Below, in pieces: positions 1 to 10,387 of a DNA stretch of 64,000 bases. Positions within the stretch are counted from its first letter, which is position 1. Each line of letters starts with the position of its first letter. The DNA is taken from contig MKUJ01000003.1 in the NCBI GenBank assembly GCA_001897755.1, positions 298,370 to 362,369 on the forward strand, written 5' to 3'. Made by a program: the position numbers and the translations under genes. The notes below the pieces were generated by a model that saw only the letters and a program-made list of their open reading frames with translations, made no database searches and was not told the origin of the DNA. The stretch is from Afipia sp. 64-13 (GTDB taxonomy: Bacteria; Pseudomonadota; Alphaproteobacteria; Rhizobiales; Xanthobacteraceae).

Positions 1-1689
1 CGGATCCCGAACCAGTTCGAGACCCTCGCGAATCGTATAGGCGAACAGGCGCTGGAAACTGAACAAGGCACCGGCCCGGCCTTGCTGCTGCGACCGATCG
101 AGGCCGAGCTCAATGGCCGACGCCTGGTCCGGGACTGCCGTCGACCCCTTGTCCCGCGTGTCCGCTTCGAGAAAGCCGACAAAAGCCTCCTCCAGATTTC
201 CTGCACCGCGCGTCTTGATGAGACCCGGCGGCGTATCGATCGCCAGAACGCGGCCTTCATGCATCAAAGCGAGACGGTCGCAGCGCGACGCTTCGTCCAT
301 GAAGTGGGTCGAGACGAAGATAGTCATGCCCTGATTGCGCGACAGATCGAGCAACAAGTCCCAGAACTGATCGCGCGCCAGTGGATCGACGCCCGCCGTG
401 GGCTCGTCCAGAATGAGCAGATCCGGCTTGTGGACGATGGCGACCGCAAGCGAAAGGCGCTGCTTGATGCCGAGCGGCAGCGCGGAGGCCAGCCGGTCGA
501 GATCATCCGCGAGATCGCAGGCTTGTGCGAGGTCGGCAATCCGCTTTTCGGCAAACGCCGATGGCAGATGAAAGAGACGAGCGTGCAGCTCCAGATTCTG
601 GCGCACCGTCAGTTCGCTATAGAGAGAGAATGCCTGCGACATGTAACCGACACGGCGGCGTGAATCGCGGTCGGTCGCATCGAGCCGTTTGCCGAACACC
701 GTGACCTCGCCTTCGGTCGGCGGCAGAAGTCCGGTCAGCATCTTCATGGTCGTGGTCTTGCCCGAGCCGTTCGAGCCGACAAATCCGAATATCTCGCCTT
801 CCCGAATGGCGAAACTGACGCGGTCCACCGCAGTGAAGTCGCCGAACCGGCAGGTCAGATTCTCCGCGGCAATCACGATCTGATGATCGCGGCCATGGAA
901 CGGCCGGATCTTTTCCGCCGGGCGGCGGATGCCTTGATGATCCGGCAGGAGAGCGACGAATGCATCCTCGATCGAGCCGGCGCCGGTCTGGCGCTTGAGA
1001 TCGGAAGGCGAGCCGCTGGCGAGCACCTTTGCGTCATTCATGGCGATCAGCCAGTCAAAGCGTTCCGCTTCCTCCATGTAAGCGGTGGCGACCAGCACGC
1101 TCATGTCGGGATTCTGGACGTGCAGATCGTCGATCAATTCCCAGAATTGACGGCGCGCCAGAGGATCGACACCGGTTGTCGGCTCATCGAGGATCAGAAG
1201 GTCCGGGTTGTGAATCAGCGAGCAGCACAGGCCGAGCTTCTGTCGCATGCCGCCGGAAAGCTTCTTTGCCGGCCGATCGGCGAATGGAGCAAGACCCATG
1301 CGCTGCAAAAGGAACTCTGTCCGACGCTCACGCTCTGCGCGCGAATGGCCGAACAATCGTGAAAAGAATTCGATATTTTCAACCACGCTGAGATCGGCGT
1401 AAAGATTCTTTCCCAGTCCCTGCGGCATGTAGGCGATGCGGGGGCATATCATGGCGCGCGCCGCAGCGCTGGAGATATCCTGACCGAAGACCGAGACGCT
1501 TCCCTGCTGGATTTGACGCGCGCCGGCCAGGATCGCGAGCAGCGAGGATTTCCCGACCCCGTCCGGCCCGATCAATCCAACAATGCGATGAGCGGGAATT
1601 TCGAGCGAGACATTGTCCAGTGCGACATCCCGACGATAGCGATGGGAAAGACCTGTAACCGACGCAACGACGTCGTCCCTTTCGCTCAC
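1..1689 (-). CDS. ABC transporter with two fused ATP-binding domains followed by the start of an ABC-2 permease (RbbA/YhiH-like); 3' end runs off the window
   Basis: The reverse-strand frame is open from the window edge up to a GTG at 1689. It is absent from the ORF track because it has no in-window stop. My translation shows two Walker A motifs ([16 protein letters not shown]), an LSGGMRQK signature and two Walker B motifs (LLILDEP twice). It then runs into an ...[10 protein letters not shown] permease-type N-terminus. The GTG overlaps the HlyD stop (GTGA). The + strand ORFs 82..663, 883..1362 and 1029..1391 are antisense shadows. Confidence 0.8.
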   Translation of the reverse strand, partial: MSERDDVVASVTGLSHRYRRDVALDNVSLEIPAHRIVGLIGPDGVGKSSLLAILAGARQIQQGSVSVFGQDISSAAARAMICPRIAYMPQGLGKNLYADLSVVENIEFFSRLFGHSRAERERRTEFLLQRMGLAPFADRPAKKLSGGMRQKLGLCCSLIHNPDLLILDEPTTGVDPLARRQFWELIDDLHVQNPDMSVLVATAYMEEAERFDWLIAMNDAKVLASGSPSDLKRQTGAGSIEDAFVALLPDHQGIRRPAEKIRPFHGRDHQIVIAAENLTCRFGDFTAVDRVSFAIREGEIFGFVGSNGSGKTTTMKMLTGLLPPTEGEVTVFGKRLDATDRDSRRRVGYMSQAFSLYSELTVRQNLELHARLFHLPSAFAEKRIADLAQACDLADDLDRLASALPLGIKQRLSLAVAIVHKPDLLILDEPTAGVDPLARDQFWDLLLDLSRNQGMTIFVSTHFMDEASRCDRLALMHEGRVLAIDTPPGLIKTRGAGNLEEAFVGFLEADTRDKGSTAVPDQASAIELGLDRSQQQGRAGALFSFQRLFAYTIREGLELVRDP

Positions 1690-2846
1690 GGCGCCGCTTC
1701 CAGATTCTTCGGCCATGCGATGGAGGGATCCCAGCGGATGAACGTCACGCCGGGCAAGCCGCTTCTGATCGAATCGCTGTGAGTCAGCAGCCGCTGCTGA
1801 TCGATCCGCACGCGGACGCGAAACATCAGCTTGTCACGCTCGCTCTTGGTCTCGACGGTCTTCGGGGTGAATTGCGATTTGCTGGCGACAAAGGAGACGT
1901 TGGCCGGGATCGGATGAGTGGGGTAGGCATCGAGCACGATGCGGGCCTCGTGTCCCACTTTGACTTTTCCGGCGATCTCCGTGGGAAGATAGATGTCCAT
2001 ATAGACGTAAGAGAAGTCCAGCAAGGTGAACACCTTGCCGCCGGCGGGCAGAACCTCGCCGATATTCGCCAGCCGATATTGAATGCGTCCCCGCTTCGGG
2101 GCGACCAGAGTGTTGTCGGCGATCTGGACCCTGTAGAAGCCCGTATCGTGCCGGGCGGCGTCCAGCGCGCGCTGCGCGCGCGAGACCTGGGCCTGAGCGA
2201 CGACGACCCCTGCATTGGCTGCGTCGAGCTGCTGCTGCCTCTGGTCCAGCAGTTCGCGCGTTGCCCAGCCGTTCTTGACCAGCTCACGGGTGCGCTCGAT
2301 CTCCTGCGCCGCCAGCGTCTGTTGCGCTTTCTGCTGGGTCAGCACGGCCTCCGCCTGCTCGATCGCATGCTGGGCTTCGCGTCCCTGTGCCTCGGATTTG
2401 GAAAGCGATTGTTCGATATCTCTCGTGTCCATCCGCGCGACGACCTGGGCGGGGGAGACCATATCGCCGATATCGACAAACAGGTCGGCAATGCGGCCGG
2501 CGTATTTCGTCGCGATGTCGACCTCGTCGGCCTCGATGCGACCGTTGCCGTAGCTGATCCCGGCGGGAAGCGATGGGTGCAGCTGCTTCCACCAATAGCC
2601 GCCTCCGCCCGCGAGCAGCAGCACCGCCGCCAGCGACGCCACGATCAACCCGACGCGCAGACGGCGCGGGGCTCCGGCCGCAGGAACCGGCAAGTGCGCG
2701 CCATCGGCAGCAAGCGTTTCGTTTGCAGCAAGCGTTTCGTTTAAAGGCTCCGGATGACCGTCCTTCTCCGGACGTTCGCTTTGCTGCAGATCCATGGCGC
2801 GCCTTGAACATGAACCTCGCCTTGCGGATGGGCGAGCAATCATCAA
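1686..2846 (-). CDS. HlyD-family membrane fusion protein, partner of the downstream fused ABC protein
   Basis: 386-aa ORF with one N-terminal TM helix ([16 protein letters not shown]), a long coiled-coil segment and a beta-rich C-terminus typical of HlyD/EmrA-like adaptors. It is translationally coupled to the ABC gene. The true start is uncertain (an internal MDLQQ... start is possible). Confidence 0.8.
   Translation of the reverse strand: MMIARPSARRGSCSRRAMDLQQSERPEKDGHPEPLNETLAANETLAADGAHLPVPAAGAPRRLRVGLIVASLAAVLLLAGGGGYWWKQLHPSLPAGISYGNGRIEADEVDIATKYAGRIADLFVDIGDMVSPAQVVARMDTRDIEQSLSKSEAQGREAQHAIEQAEAVLTQQKAQQTLAAQEIERTRELVKNGWATRELLDQRQQQLDAANAGVVVAQAQVSRAQRALDAARHDTGFYRVQIADNTLVAPKRGRIQYRLANIGEVLPAGGKVFTLLDFSYVYMDIYLPTEIAGKVKVGHEARIVLDAYPTHPIPANVSFVASKSQFTPKTVETKSERDKLMFRVRVRIDQQRLLTHSDSIRSGLPGVTFIRWDPSIAWPKNLEAAP
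2707..2742. repeat. Perfect 18-bp tandem duplication (gcagcaagcgtttcgttt x2) inside the HlyD gene
   Basis: Read directly at 2707-2724 and 2725-2742. It is in frame and gives [12 protein letters not shown] in the N-terminal cytoplasmic tail. Confidence 0.9.
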
Positions 2847-2940
2847 TCATGCCTATTGCATCGCGCGCCGATCTTGATCGAAATCAAGCGGATGGGATGG
2901 AACGCGATCTAGGAATAGCGGATGTCAGAGGGATAAGGTC

Positions 2941-4701
2941 ATGAACGATCCCTTCGCCTCGAAAATTGTTCCCCTGAAGAGCGGAGCCGCCCTCGCCCCG
3001 CGTCAGACGGCATCCGCATTAAAGCCGCTTTCGATCGACCGCGTGATCCATGCCGCCGGAGCGCGACTGACCGGATCGCTCTCGCCGATCTCCCTTGCGC
3101 TCGCTTATCTGGACTTCGCCTGGCATCTCGCAAACTCGCCGGGTCGCCAGATTCAGCTTGCCGGCCGCGCGCTCGAACTGCCCGGAAGATTGGCCGATCC
3201 GCAACAATGGATCAGCCCGTCGCCGCGCGACCGCCGCTTCGATGATGCGGCATGGAAAAGCTTCCCGTTCAACGTGATCGCGCAGAGTTTTCTGCTCACG
3301 GAAGACTGGTGGCGTGAGGCGACCAAGGGACCCGCCGGCGTCGCGAAGTCGCATGCCGATGTCGTTGCCTTCGCCGCGCGGCAGATTCTCGACATGTATT
3401 CACCCTCCAACTATCCCTGGCTCAATCCGGAAGTTCTGAGGGCTACGGCCGAGCAAGGCGGCTCCAACCTCGTCAAGGGGATCCGCAATTTCGCCGAAGA
3501 CATCGCCAGCGCCGCGACCGGCGGCAAGTCCGACGACGGTCATTTCGTCGTCGGCGAGAACGTGGCGATCACGCCCGGCAAGATCGTCTTCCGCAACGAG
3601 TTGTTCGAGCTCATTCAGTACGAGCCGGCCACCGCGACCGTTCATCCCGAGCCGGTGCTGATCGTGCCGGCCTGGATCATGAAATATTATATTCTTGATC
3701 TTTCTCCCGAGAATTCACTGATCCGTTATCTCGTCTCGCAGGGTTTCACCGCGTTCTGCATATCCTGGCGGAATCCGGACGCCAGGATGCGCGACGTCGC
3801 CTTCGACGATTACCGTCGCAACGGCGTGATGGCCGCGCTGGATGCGATCCGCGCGATTTGCGGCACCGCCAGGGTGCACGCCTGCGGCTATTGTCTGGGA
3901 GGCACGATTCTCGCCATCGCGGCCGCCGCCATGGCGCGCGATCGCGACAATCATTTGGCGACGGTGACGCTGCTCGCGGCCCAGACCGATTTCAGCGAGC
4001 CCGGAGAGCTCCAGCTTTTCACCGACGAAAGTCAGCTGGCGTTGCTCGACGATGTGATGTGGCGTCAGGGCTATCTCGACAGCACGCAGATGGCGGGCGC
4101 GTTCCAGCTTCTCAGATCGAACGATCTGATCTGGTCGCGCGTCGTCAAGTCCTACCTTCTTGGCGAGCGCGAGCGCCCGAGCGATCTGATGGCGTGGAAC
4201 ACGGACGCGACGCGCATGCCGTATCGGATGCATTCGGAATATCTGCATCAGATGTTCCTTCACAACGATCTGGCGGAAGGACGCTATATCGCCGGCGACG
4301 AGCCTGTCACGCTGCGGGATATTCATGTTCCGATCTTCGGCGTCAGCACCGAAACCGATCATGTCGCGCCGTGGCGCTCGGTCTACAAGATTCATCTTCT
4401 GAACAGCGGCGACATCACTTTCGTTCTCACCTCCGGCGGACACAACGCGGGGATCGTCAGCGAGCCGGGCCATCCGGGCCGTTATTTCCGTACCGCGCGC
4501 CGCTATTGCGAAGGCGGCTATCTTTCACCCGACGAATGGACCGCCAGAGCCGACAAGCAGGACGGCTCATGGTGGCCGGCATGGACCAACTGGCTCAAAG
4601 GCCATTCCGGCGCAGACATTTCGCCGCCGCCGCTCGGCGCACCGGAACTGGGTTATCCGGTTTTGGAGAATGCGCCCGGCACGTATGTGCGCGAGCACTA
4701 A
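2941..4701 (+). CDS. phaC: Class I poly(3-hydroxyalkanoate) synthase
   Basis: 586-aa ORF of PhaC length and layout, with the lipase-box GYCLGG carrying the catalytic Cys. An alpha/beta-hydrolase core follows (DFSEPGEL..., HVAPW). Confidence 0.9.
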   Translation: MNDPFASKIVPLKSGAALAPRQTASALKPLSIDRVIHAAGARLTGSLSPISLALAYLDFAWHLANSPGRQIQLAGRALELPGRLADPQQWISPSPRDRRFDDAAWKSFPFNVIAQSFLLTEDWWREATKGPAGVAKSHADVVAFAARQILDMYSPSNYPWLNPEVLRATAEQGGSNLVKGIRNFAEDIASAATGGKSDDGHFVVGENVAITPGKIVFRNELFELIQYEPATATVHPEPVLIVPAWIMKYYILDLSPENSLIRYLVSQGFTAFCISWRNPDARMRDVAFDDYRRNGVMAALDAIRAICGTARVHACGYCLGGTILAIAAAAMARDRDNHLATVTLLAAQTDFSEPGELQLFTDESQLALLDDVMWRQGYLDSTQMAGAFQLLRSNDLIWSRVVKSYLLGERERPSDLMAWNTDATRMPYRMHSEYLHQMFLHNDLAEGRYIAGDEPVTLRDIHVPIFGVSTETDHVAPWRSVYKIHLLNSGDITFVLTSGGHNAGIVSEPGHPGRYFRTARRYCEGGYLSPDEWTARADKQDGSWWPAWTNWLKGHSGADISPPPLGAPELGYPVLENAPGTYVREH

Positions 4702-4878
4702 CACAAGAAAGCCGCATAAGACGCGCGATATTTTTTGTCACGCGATCGCTCATCATCGAGCGGGGAACCGATGCCCTGCACTCGAACAAAGTCCGTGGAA
4801 CCCGTGACGCGTTGAGCCACCTCAAAGTGAGATGCTCTCAATTTTATTAGGTTAAAATTTCAACCGGAGGATTGCGTC

Positions 4879-5259
4879 ATGTGTAGTGCCCAAACTCCTT
4901 TGGAAATGCCTGCTATCTGGAACAACGACTCGACCCGGGCTTTCGCCTGCAAGTTCTGGGAAGGCCAGACCCGACTGCTCGACAACATGCAGCAGTTCGC
5001 AAGCGGCTGGTTTGAGCGGCGTCACGTCGGCACGCGAGCCGCGCTCGAGGCTGCTCAGAAAGCCTGCGAGGCCAGGAACCCCGCCGATACCTTCGCGTGC
5101 TATCAGGAATGGGCCGCGGGTGCAGCGTCGCGGATTCTCGACGACCAGTTGGCGTATCAGCAGCTTGTTCACGCCGCGGTTTCGTCGATGGCTTCGGCTC
5201 AGCCGGAACTGGCGGACGTGAACATGCCGGCGCCCCTGCGCGCGCCAAGAGCCGCATAA
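4879..5259 (+). CDS. Small helical protein, possibly phasin-like (PHA granule associated)
   Basis: 126-aa ORF with a GGAGGA Shine-Dalgarno 8 nt upstream of the ATG. It is Ala/Gln-rich and predicted helical, and sits directly downstream of phaC. The functional call rests on context and composition only. Confidence 0.4.
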   Translation: MCSAQTPLEMPAIWNNDSTRAFACKFWEGQTRLLDNMQQFASGWFERRHVGTRAALEAAQKACEARNPADTFACYQEWAAGAASRILDDQLAYQQLVHAAVSSMASAQPELADVNMPAPLRAPRAA

Positions 5260-5380
5260 ATCGCGATCACGGTCCGGAGCCGATCTGCTTTGGCCGGACG
5301 TTGACTTGCCTGTCCTGGACAGCGGGTAGCCGTTCCGTCATCATGACGCACGGCTACCGAGGCTTGCCGAGCGGACCGCG

Positions 5381-5746
5381 ATGAAATTGAAATCGATTGT
5401 CGCCATGACCATCCTTGCCGGCATCCATGCCGCAACTCCCGGTCATGCGCAGATCGCGGGCAGCGAGCAGGAATTTCGGCAATTGTCGGCCGCTCTGAAG
5501 GCCGATGACGCGGAAAGACGATCGGCCATCGCGACCTGTATCAGACAAGGCATCGGCGAGAACCCCACCGGGGCAGCCGAGTTCATGGGCGTGCCGGTGG
5601 ACAAAGCAGCCGAGGCATGGTGCACCCGCATGACCAACGGGATCGCCGACGGCAAACTCACGCTGGTCGATGTCACGGCGCTCGACAAGGGGACGGTCAC
5701 ACCCGCCGCGCGGGGCGTGCTGACGACGATGTCGGAAGGCAAATAG
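5381..5746 (+). CDS. Secreted hypothetical protein
   Basis: 121-aa ORF with a clear signal peptide (MKLKSIVAMTILAGIHAATPGHA/Q). No recognisable domain. Confidence 0.5.
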   Translation: MKLKSIVAMTILAGIHAATPGHAQIAGSEQEFRQLSAALKADDAERRSAIATCIRQGIGENPTGAAEFMGVPVDKAAEAWCTRMTNGIADGKLTLVDVTALDKGTVTPAARGVLTTMSEGK

Positions 5747-5798
5747 AAGCAGCCGACGCCCAACGCGGCAGGCTCACGATCATTCGCGGCGCGGCAAA

Positions 5799-6554
5799 TC
5801 AAGCGCTTCCGAACGAGCCCAGCGATTTTCCGCCGCACACATAAAGCACCTGACCGTTCATATAGAACGCTTCATCGGCCGCGAACACATGGACCGCGTA
5901 AGCGACTTCGTCCGCCGAGCCGATCCGGGCGATCGGCTGCGCTTTCACCATCCGGTCCCAGACTTCGGGCTTCAGACCGCGCGTCAGCGGCGTATCGATA
6001 AATCCGGGCGCAACGCAATTCGACGTCACGTCGAACTTTCCGAGTTCGATGGCCATGGACCGCGTCAAGCCGACAACACCGGCCTTGGCCGCCGAATAAT
6101 TCGCCTGGCCCGGATTTCCGAGCCACGCCCGCGACGAGACATTGACGATACGTCCGCGCTTCTGCTCCATCATGATGCGAGCGGCCGCCTTGCTGAACAG
6201 GAAATAGGATTTCAGATTGACGGCCAGAACCGAATCCCAGTCGGCCTCCGGCATCCGGGTCAGATAGTTGTCTTTGACGATCCCGACATTGTTGACCAGA
6301 ATATCCAGCGTCTGGAACCGCTCGACGGTCTGGGCCACCGCCCGGTCGACGTCGGCGGAATTGGTCGCATCCGCGACGATCGCGATGGCTTCGCCTCCCT
6401 TCTCGACGATCTTTCCGACGGCCCGGTCTGCTGCCGCTTCATCACGATCGACCACGACCACCTTCGCGCCATGGGCGGCGAGGCGATTGGAAATCGCCTC
6501 GCCGATCCCAGATGCCGCGCCGGTGACGAGAGCAACTCTGTCTTGAACACGCAT
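5799..6554 (-). CDS. Short-chain dehydrogenase/reductase, 3-oxoacyl reductase (FabG)-like
   Basis: 251 aa with the TGAASGIG cofactor motif, NNVG, the catalytic S...YSAAK tetrad and a PGFIDT motif. Confidence 0.85.
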   Translation of the reverse strand: MRVQDRVALVTGAASGIGEAISNRLAAHGAKVVVVDRDEAAADRAVGKIVEKGGEAIAIVADATNSADVDRAVAQTVERFQTLDILVNNVGIVKDNYLTRMPEADWDSVLAVNLKSYFLFSKAAARIMMEQKRGRIVNVSSRAWLGNPGQANYSAAKAGVVGLTRSMAIELGKFDVTSNCVAPGFIDTPLTRGLKPEVWDRMVKAQPIARIGSADEVAYAVHVFAADEAFYMNGQVLYVCGGKSLGSFGSA

Positions 6555-6585
6555 TCTTTCATAGCCTCTTCACGGCGCCGGACGC

Positions 6586-7590
6586 TCAGCTTCCCTTGAG
6601 ATGGTGGACGTTCTCGAACCACATGTCCTTCCAGCTCGCCGGCGCGGCCTTGATGCGTCCGACCTTCTTCATGAACAACACCGACTTCATGGTGTTCTCC
6701 GGCGTTTCCACGAATGCGATCTGCGGATCGCTGATGATCTTGACCACGTCGTCTTCGGTAAGCGATTTGTCCTTCGACAGGGTCAGATAGATCTTGGCGG
6801 CTCTAGGCTTTTCGTTGTGAATGATATCGAGCGCCTTTTTATAAGCCGCTAGAAACGCCGCATAAGTTTTCGGGTTTTTCTCTTTGAAATCGGTGGTCGT
6901 CCAGGCCATCGTCAGCGTCGCCGGACCGCCAAGGGTATCGAAGGAATTCAGGATGGTGTGGATGTCCGGCCGCTTGAGCTGAACATAGGTGAACGGCTGA
7001 GACGTAAAGCTGCAGGTGATTTCATTATTCCCCGACAGCAGAGCGACCGAACCATCCGCTTGCGACATCGCAACCGTGAGAGGATCGAGCCGCTCATATT
7101 GAGCATCCCCCCATATTCTTGCCGCCTCCATCTGGAGAAAGACAGCCTGGGTCGAGACCTTGATGGCCGGAACCACGATTTTTTCCGTCCCCTTGAAATC
7201 GCGCACCGATTTCAATCCGGGATCGCGGCAGTTCAGGTACTCCGGCTGGGAGCTCGTCGCGACGACGCCTTTGACCTTTCCGTTGCTCTTCGACCATAAA
7301 GTGATGAACGGCGTGATGCCTGAAAACGCAAACTGCAATTCGCCGGCGAGCATGGCGTCGGTTGCGGAATTTCCGCCGGCGAAGGTGTGCCAGGATACGG
7401 GAACGTCTCCCAAGCCTGCCTTCTTGACCTCTGCCTCAAGAAGCTTTTCGTGCTTCATCACCATGGTCGGCAGAAATGCCAGGCTTTGCTGATCCGCCAA
7501 GGCAATCTTGGAGACCTCCGCCTTGGCGGGAATAACCAGACCAGCAACAAGAGAGCCAATTACGAGTGACGCGATTTTTATCTTTGTCAT
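6586..7590 (-). CDS. Periplasmic substrate-binding protein, NMT1/sulfonate-nitrate ABC-type family (orphan, no adjacent permease or ATPase)
   Basis: 334 aa with a signal peptide (MTKIKIASLVIGSLVAGLVIPAKA). The two-lobe SBP-like sequence resembles aliphatic sulfonate/nitrate binding proteins. Confidence 0.7.
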   Translation of the reverse strand: MTKIKIASLVIGSLVAGLVIPAKAEVSKIALADQQSLAFLPTMVMKHEKLLEAEVKKAGLGDVPVSWHTFAGGNSATDAMLAGELQFAFSGITPFITLWSKSNGKVKGVVATSSQPEYLNCRDPGLKSVRDFKGTEKIVVPAIKVSTQAVFLQMEAARIWGDAQYERLDPLTVAMSQADGSVALLSGNNEITCSFTSQPFTYVQLKRPDIHTILNSFDTLGGPATLTMAWTTTDFKEKNPKTYAAFLAAYKKALDIIHNEKPRAAKIYLTLSKDKSLTEDDVVKIISDPQIAFVETPENTMKSVLFMKKVGRIKAAPASWKDMWFENVHHLKGS

Positions 7591-7633
7591 TCTATCTTAT
7601 CCTCCCTGCTTCGCTTGCGCGAATGTGCTCAGT

Positions 7634-8788
7634 TCATAGAGTGGCCTCAGTTCCAAAAAGAGCCGTCACCTGGCTCGACAACGTGCCACCATTGCCGTGG
7701 CACAATGCGATTTCCGCGTTCTTGATTTGCCGTTCGCCGGCGGTGCCGCGCAGTTGTTCGGCGGCTTCGATCATCGTGAAAATGCCGTACATACCGGGAT
7801 GAACGCAGGATAGGCCGCCGCCATTGGTATTGACCGGTAACTTCCCGCCCGGCGCGATCGCACCGTCCGCAACGAAACGCCCGCCCTCGCCTTTGGCGCA
7901 AAAGCCCAGATCCTCGAGAAACAGGAGCACGTTGATTGTGAACGCGTCGTAGAGCTGAACGACGTCCACATCCGACGGCTTCAATCCGGCCATCGCGAAT
8001 GCGCGAGAGCCGGATTCCGCGGCAGCCGTCACCGTCAGGTCGGGCATCGCGGAAATCTGACGATGCCACTGCGCTGCGGCACCGCCGAGAAAATAGACCG
8101 GCTTCCGCTTCAAATCGCGCGCCCGCTCCGCGGAGACCATGATGACGGCGCCGGCCCCGTCCGTCACAAGACAGCAATCACGCACGGTAAGCGGGTCGCA
8201 CATCATGCGAGCGGACAGAACTTCCTCGACACTCGTCGGCTCGCGGCGATAGGCGAACGGCGTCAATTGCGCCCATTGCCGTGCCGCCACCGCGACCCGC
8301 GCGAGATCTTCCCGCGTGGTGCCGTATTGGTGCATATGGCGCGCCGCGGCCAACGCATAGGCGGCAACCGGAAAGCGCGGTTTGTAAGCGCCCTCATGAA
8401 TTGGCATTTCGGCGCTTGTCGTATGCTTGCCCGCGCCGGTGCGGGAATTGCTGCCGTAACAGATCAGCGCGACCTCGCACAGGCCGGCACGGATCGCCAT
8501 CGCGGCCTTCAATGCGTAGTCGATGAAAGACGCTCCGCCCAGGTTGGTGCTCTCCGCGATCTTCGGCTTCAGACCGAGATATTCGCCGACCGTGAGCGTG
8601 GGAAAGAAATTGACCAGATTCGCCGTGAACAGCCCGTCGACGTCGGTCAGCTTCAGACCTGCATCATCCAGCGCCTTTGCCGTGGCTTCGGCGAGCAATT
8701 CCAGATGCGTTCGCCCCGGCGCCTCACCGATACCGGCCATTCCCGTCCCGACGATTGCGGCGCTACCTCGAAGTGGATGCTTTTGCAT
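7634..8788 (-). CDS. Thiolase-superfamily protein, SCP-x / lipid-transfer type
   Basis: 384 aa with a thiolase-like fold and C-terminal NTNGGGLS and CHGNGG motifs. It is paired with an upstream DUF35 gene, as is typical for this subfamily. Confidence 0.85.
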   Translation of the reverse strand: MQKHPLRGSAAIVGTGMAGIGEAPGRTHLELLAEATAKALDDAGLKLTDVDGLFTANLVNFFPTLTVGEYLGLKPKIAESTNLGGASFIDYALKAAMAIRAGLCEVALICYGSNSRTGAGKHTTSAEMPIHEGAYKPRFPVAAYALAAARHMHQYGTTREDLARVAVAARQWAQLTPFAYRREPTSVEEVLSARMMCDPLTVRDCCLVTDGAGAVIMVSAERARDLKRKPVYFLGGAAAQWHRQISAMPDLTVTAAAESGSRAFAMAGLKPSDVDVVQLYDAFTINVLLFLEDLGFCAKGEGGRFVADGAIAPGGKLPVNTNGGGLSCVHPGMYGIFTMIEAAEQLRGTAGERQIKNAEIALCHGNGGTLSSQVTALFGTEATL

Positions 8789-8800
8789 GTTGACGCGACC

Positions 8801-9193
8801 TCACGCGGGCTCAAAAAAAACGGCGAGCTGTTCGCCTGCCTTGCGAATGACTCCGGCGACTTTCATGCCGATCCTGACCTCGCCGGGATCGATGCCGGTG
8901 ATTTGCGTCATCAGGCGCGGCCCTTCGGCCAGCGTCACCATCGCAAGATTGTAGTCGCCTCCTTTGTCGGGCGCCTGTCGGATGGTCGTCGTCGAGTAGA
9001 CCTCCGCCTTGCCGCTGGCTTCGACGCATTGCAGATCGCTGGATCCGCAAACAGGACAAAGCGCGCGCGGATAGAAGATATGCGAGGAGCAGGAGGCGCA
9101 GGACTGGATCAGGATCTTTCCCGCCTCGAGTCCCGACCGAAAGACCTTTTCAGGACCATCGCCAGAAAAGCGATTGACGTCATAAACGCTCAT
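8801..9193 (-). CDS. DUF35 OB-fold / zinc-ribbon protein (thiolase partner)
   Basis: 130 aa with a four-Cys rubredoxin-like ribbon (CASC...CPVC) followed by an OB-fold segment. It lies immediately upstream of the SCP-x-type thiolase. Confidence 0.8.
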   Translation of the reverse strand: MSVYDVNRFSGDGPEKVFRSGLEAGKILIQSCASCSSHIFYPRALCPVCGSSDLQCVEASGKAEVYSTTTIRQAPDKGGDYNLAMVTLAEGPRLMTQITGIDPGEVRIGMKVAGVIRKAGEQLAVFFEPA

Positions 9194-9220
9194 CGGTGCC
9201 GTTCCCTCTCGGTTCGCGAC

Positions 9221-10369
9221 TCAACAGGCCGCTTCTTTCATCATGTTCTTGGCGATAATGATCTGCTGAATCTGGCTCGTTCCCTCGTAGAGGCGGAACA
9301 GCCGGACATCGCGATAGAAACGCTCGACTTTGAAATCGGCGATATAACCCGACCCTCCATGAATCTGGACGGCCCGATCGGCGACGCGCCCCAGCATTTC
9401 GGTCGAGAACAGCTTCGAGCATGACGCCAGCGTCGTGACGTTCTCACCGGCGTCGCGGCGTCTCGCCGCATCGAGGACCATGCAGCGCGCCGCATATGCC
9501 TCCATCCGGCTGTCGGCCAGCATCGCCTGCACCAACTGGAATTCCGCAATCGCCTTGCTGAATTGCTTGCGGCTCATCGCATAATTCAGGCTGTCCGCGA
9601 TCAGCCGCTCGGCGGTCCCGACACAGGCGGCCGCAATATGCAACCGGCCGCGATCCAGCACCTTCATCGCCGTCTTGAAACCTTTATTTTCCTCGCCCCC
9701 AAGCAATGCATCCTTGGGCACGCGGCAATCATCGAAGATCACATCGCAGGTGTGGCTTCCCTTCTGGCCCATCTTTTTGTCGATTTTTCCCAGGCTCAAG
9801 CCCGGCGTGGACGCATCGACAAGAAAGGCCGAGATTCCCGCCGCGCCTTCTCCACCGGTTCGGGCAAATACGGTGAAGACGCCAGCCTCCGGCGCATTGG
9901 TGATAAAGCGCTTGGTGCCGTTGATGACGTAGCTGTCACCATCGCGAACCGCGCGCGTGCGCACGGAGGCGGAATCGGAGCCGACATTCGGCTCCGTCAG
10001 ACAGAATGATCCGATGATTTCGCCACTGGCCAGACGCGGCAGATAACGGCGGCGCTGTTCTTCGGTCCCGTCCATGACGAGACCTTGCGATCCGATCCCG
10101 ATGGTCGTGGCGAACGCCGAGCGGAACGCGCAGGACGCCTTCCCCACCTCCATCAGAACGAGGGCCTCCTCCTCCATCCCGAGACCGAGGCCGCCATACT
10201 CTTCGGGGATGGTGAGAGCAAACAGCCCAATCTCTTTCATTTCGGCGAGCACGTCGGGCGGAACGCGATCTTCCGCTTCCATCCGGTCTTCGTTCGGAAT
10301 CAGTCTCTCGGTGACAAACCGGCTGACGGTATCGAGGAGCTGCTGGAATGTATCTTGATCGAGAGCCAT
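9221..10369 (-). CDS. Acyl-CoA dehydrogenase
   Basis: 382 aa with the canonical ACAD three-domain pattern (...LTEPNVGSD..., ...RLYEGTSQIQ... with catalytic Glu). Confidence 0.9.
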   Translation of the reverse strand: MALDQDTFQQLLDTVSRFVTERLIPNEDRMEAEDRVPPDVLAEMKEIGLFALTIPEEYGGLGLGMEEEALVLMEVGKASCAFRSAFATTIGIGSQGLVMDGTEEQRRRYLPRLASGEIIGSFCLTEPNVGSDSASVRTRAVRDGDSYVINGTKRFITNAPEAGVFTVFARTGGEGAAGISAFLVDASTPGLSLGKIDKKMGQKGSHTCDVIFDDCRVPKDALLGGEENKGFKTAMKVLDRGRLHIAAACVGTAERLIADSLNYAMSRKQFSKAIAEFQLVQAMLADSRMEAYAARCMVLDAARRRDAGENVTTLASCSKLFSTEMLGRVADRAVQIHGGSGYIADFKVERFYRDVRLFRLYEGTSQIQQIIIAKNMMKEAAC

Positions 10370-10387
10370 GACATTCCTTTCAGGATT

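Noticed and set aside
82-1391. Plus-strand ORFs 82..663, 689..883, 883..1362 and 1029..1391 from the ORF track.
   Set aside because: They are antisense to an uninterrupted reverse-strand frame that encodes two complete ABC ATPase domains. That real gene is missing from the track only because it has no stop inside the window.
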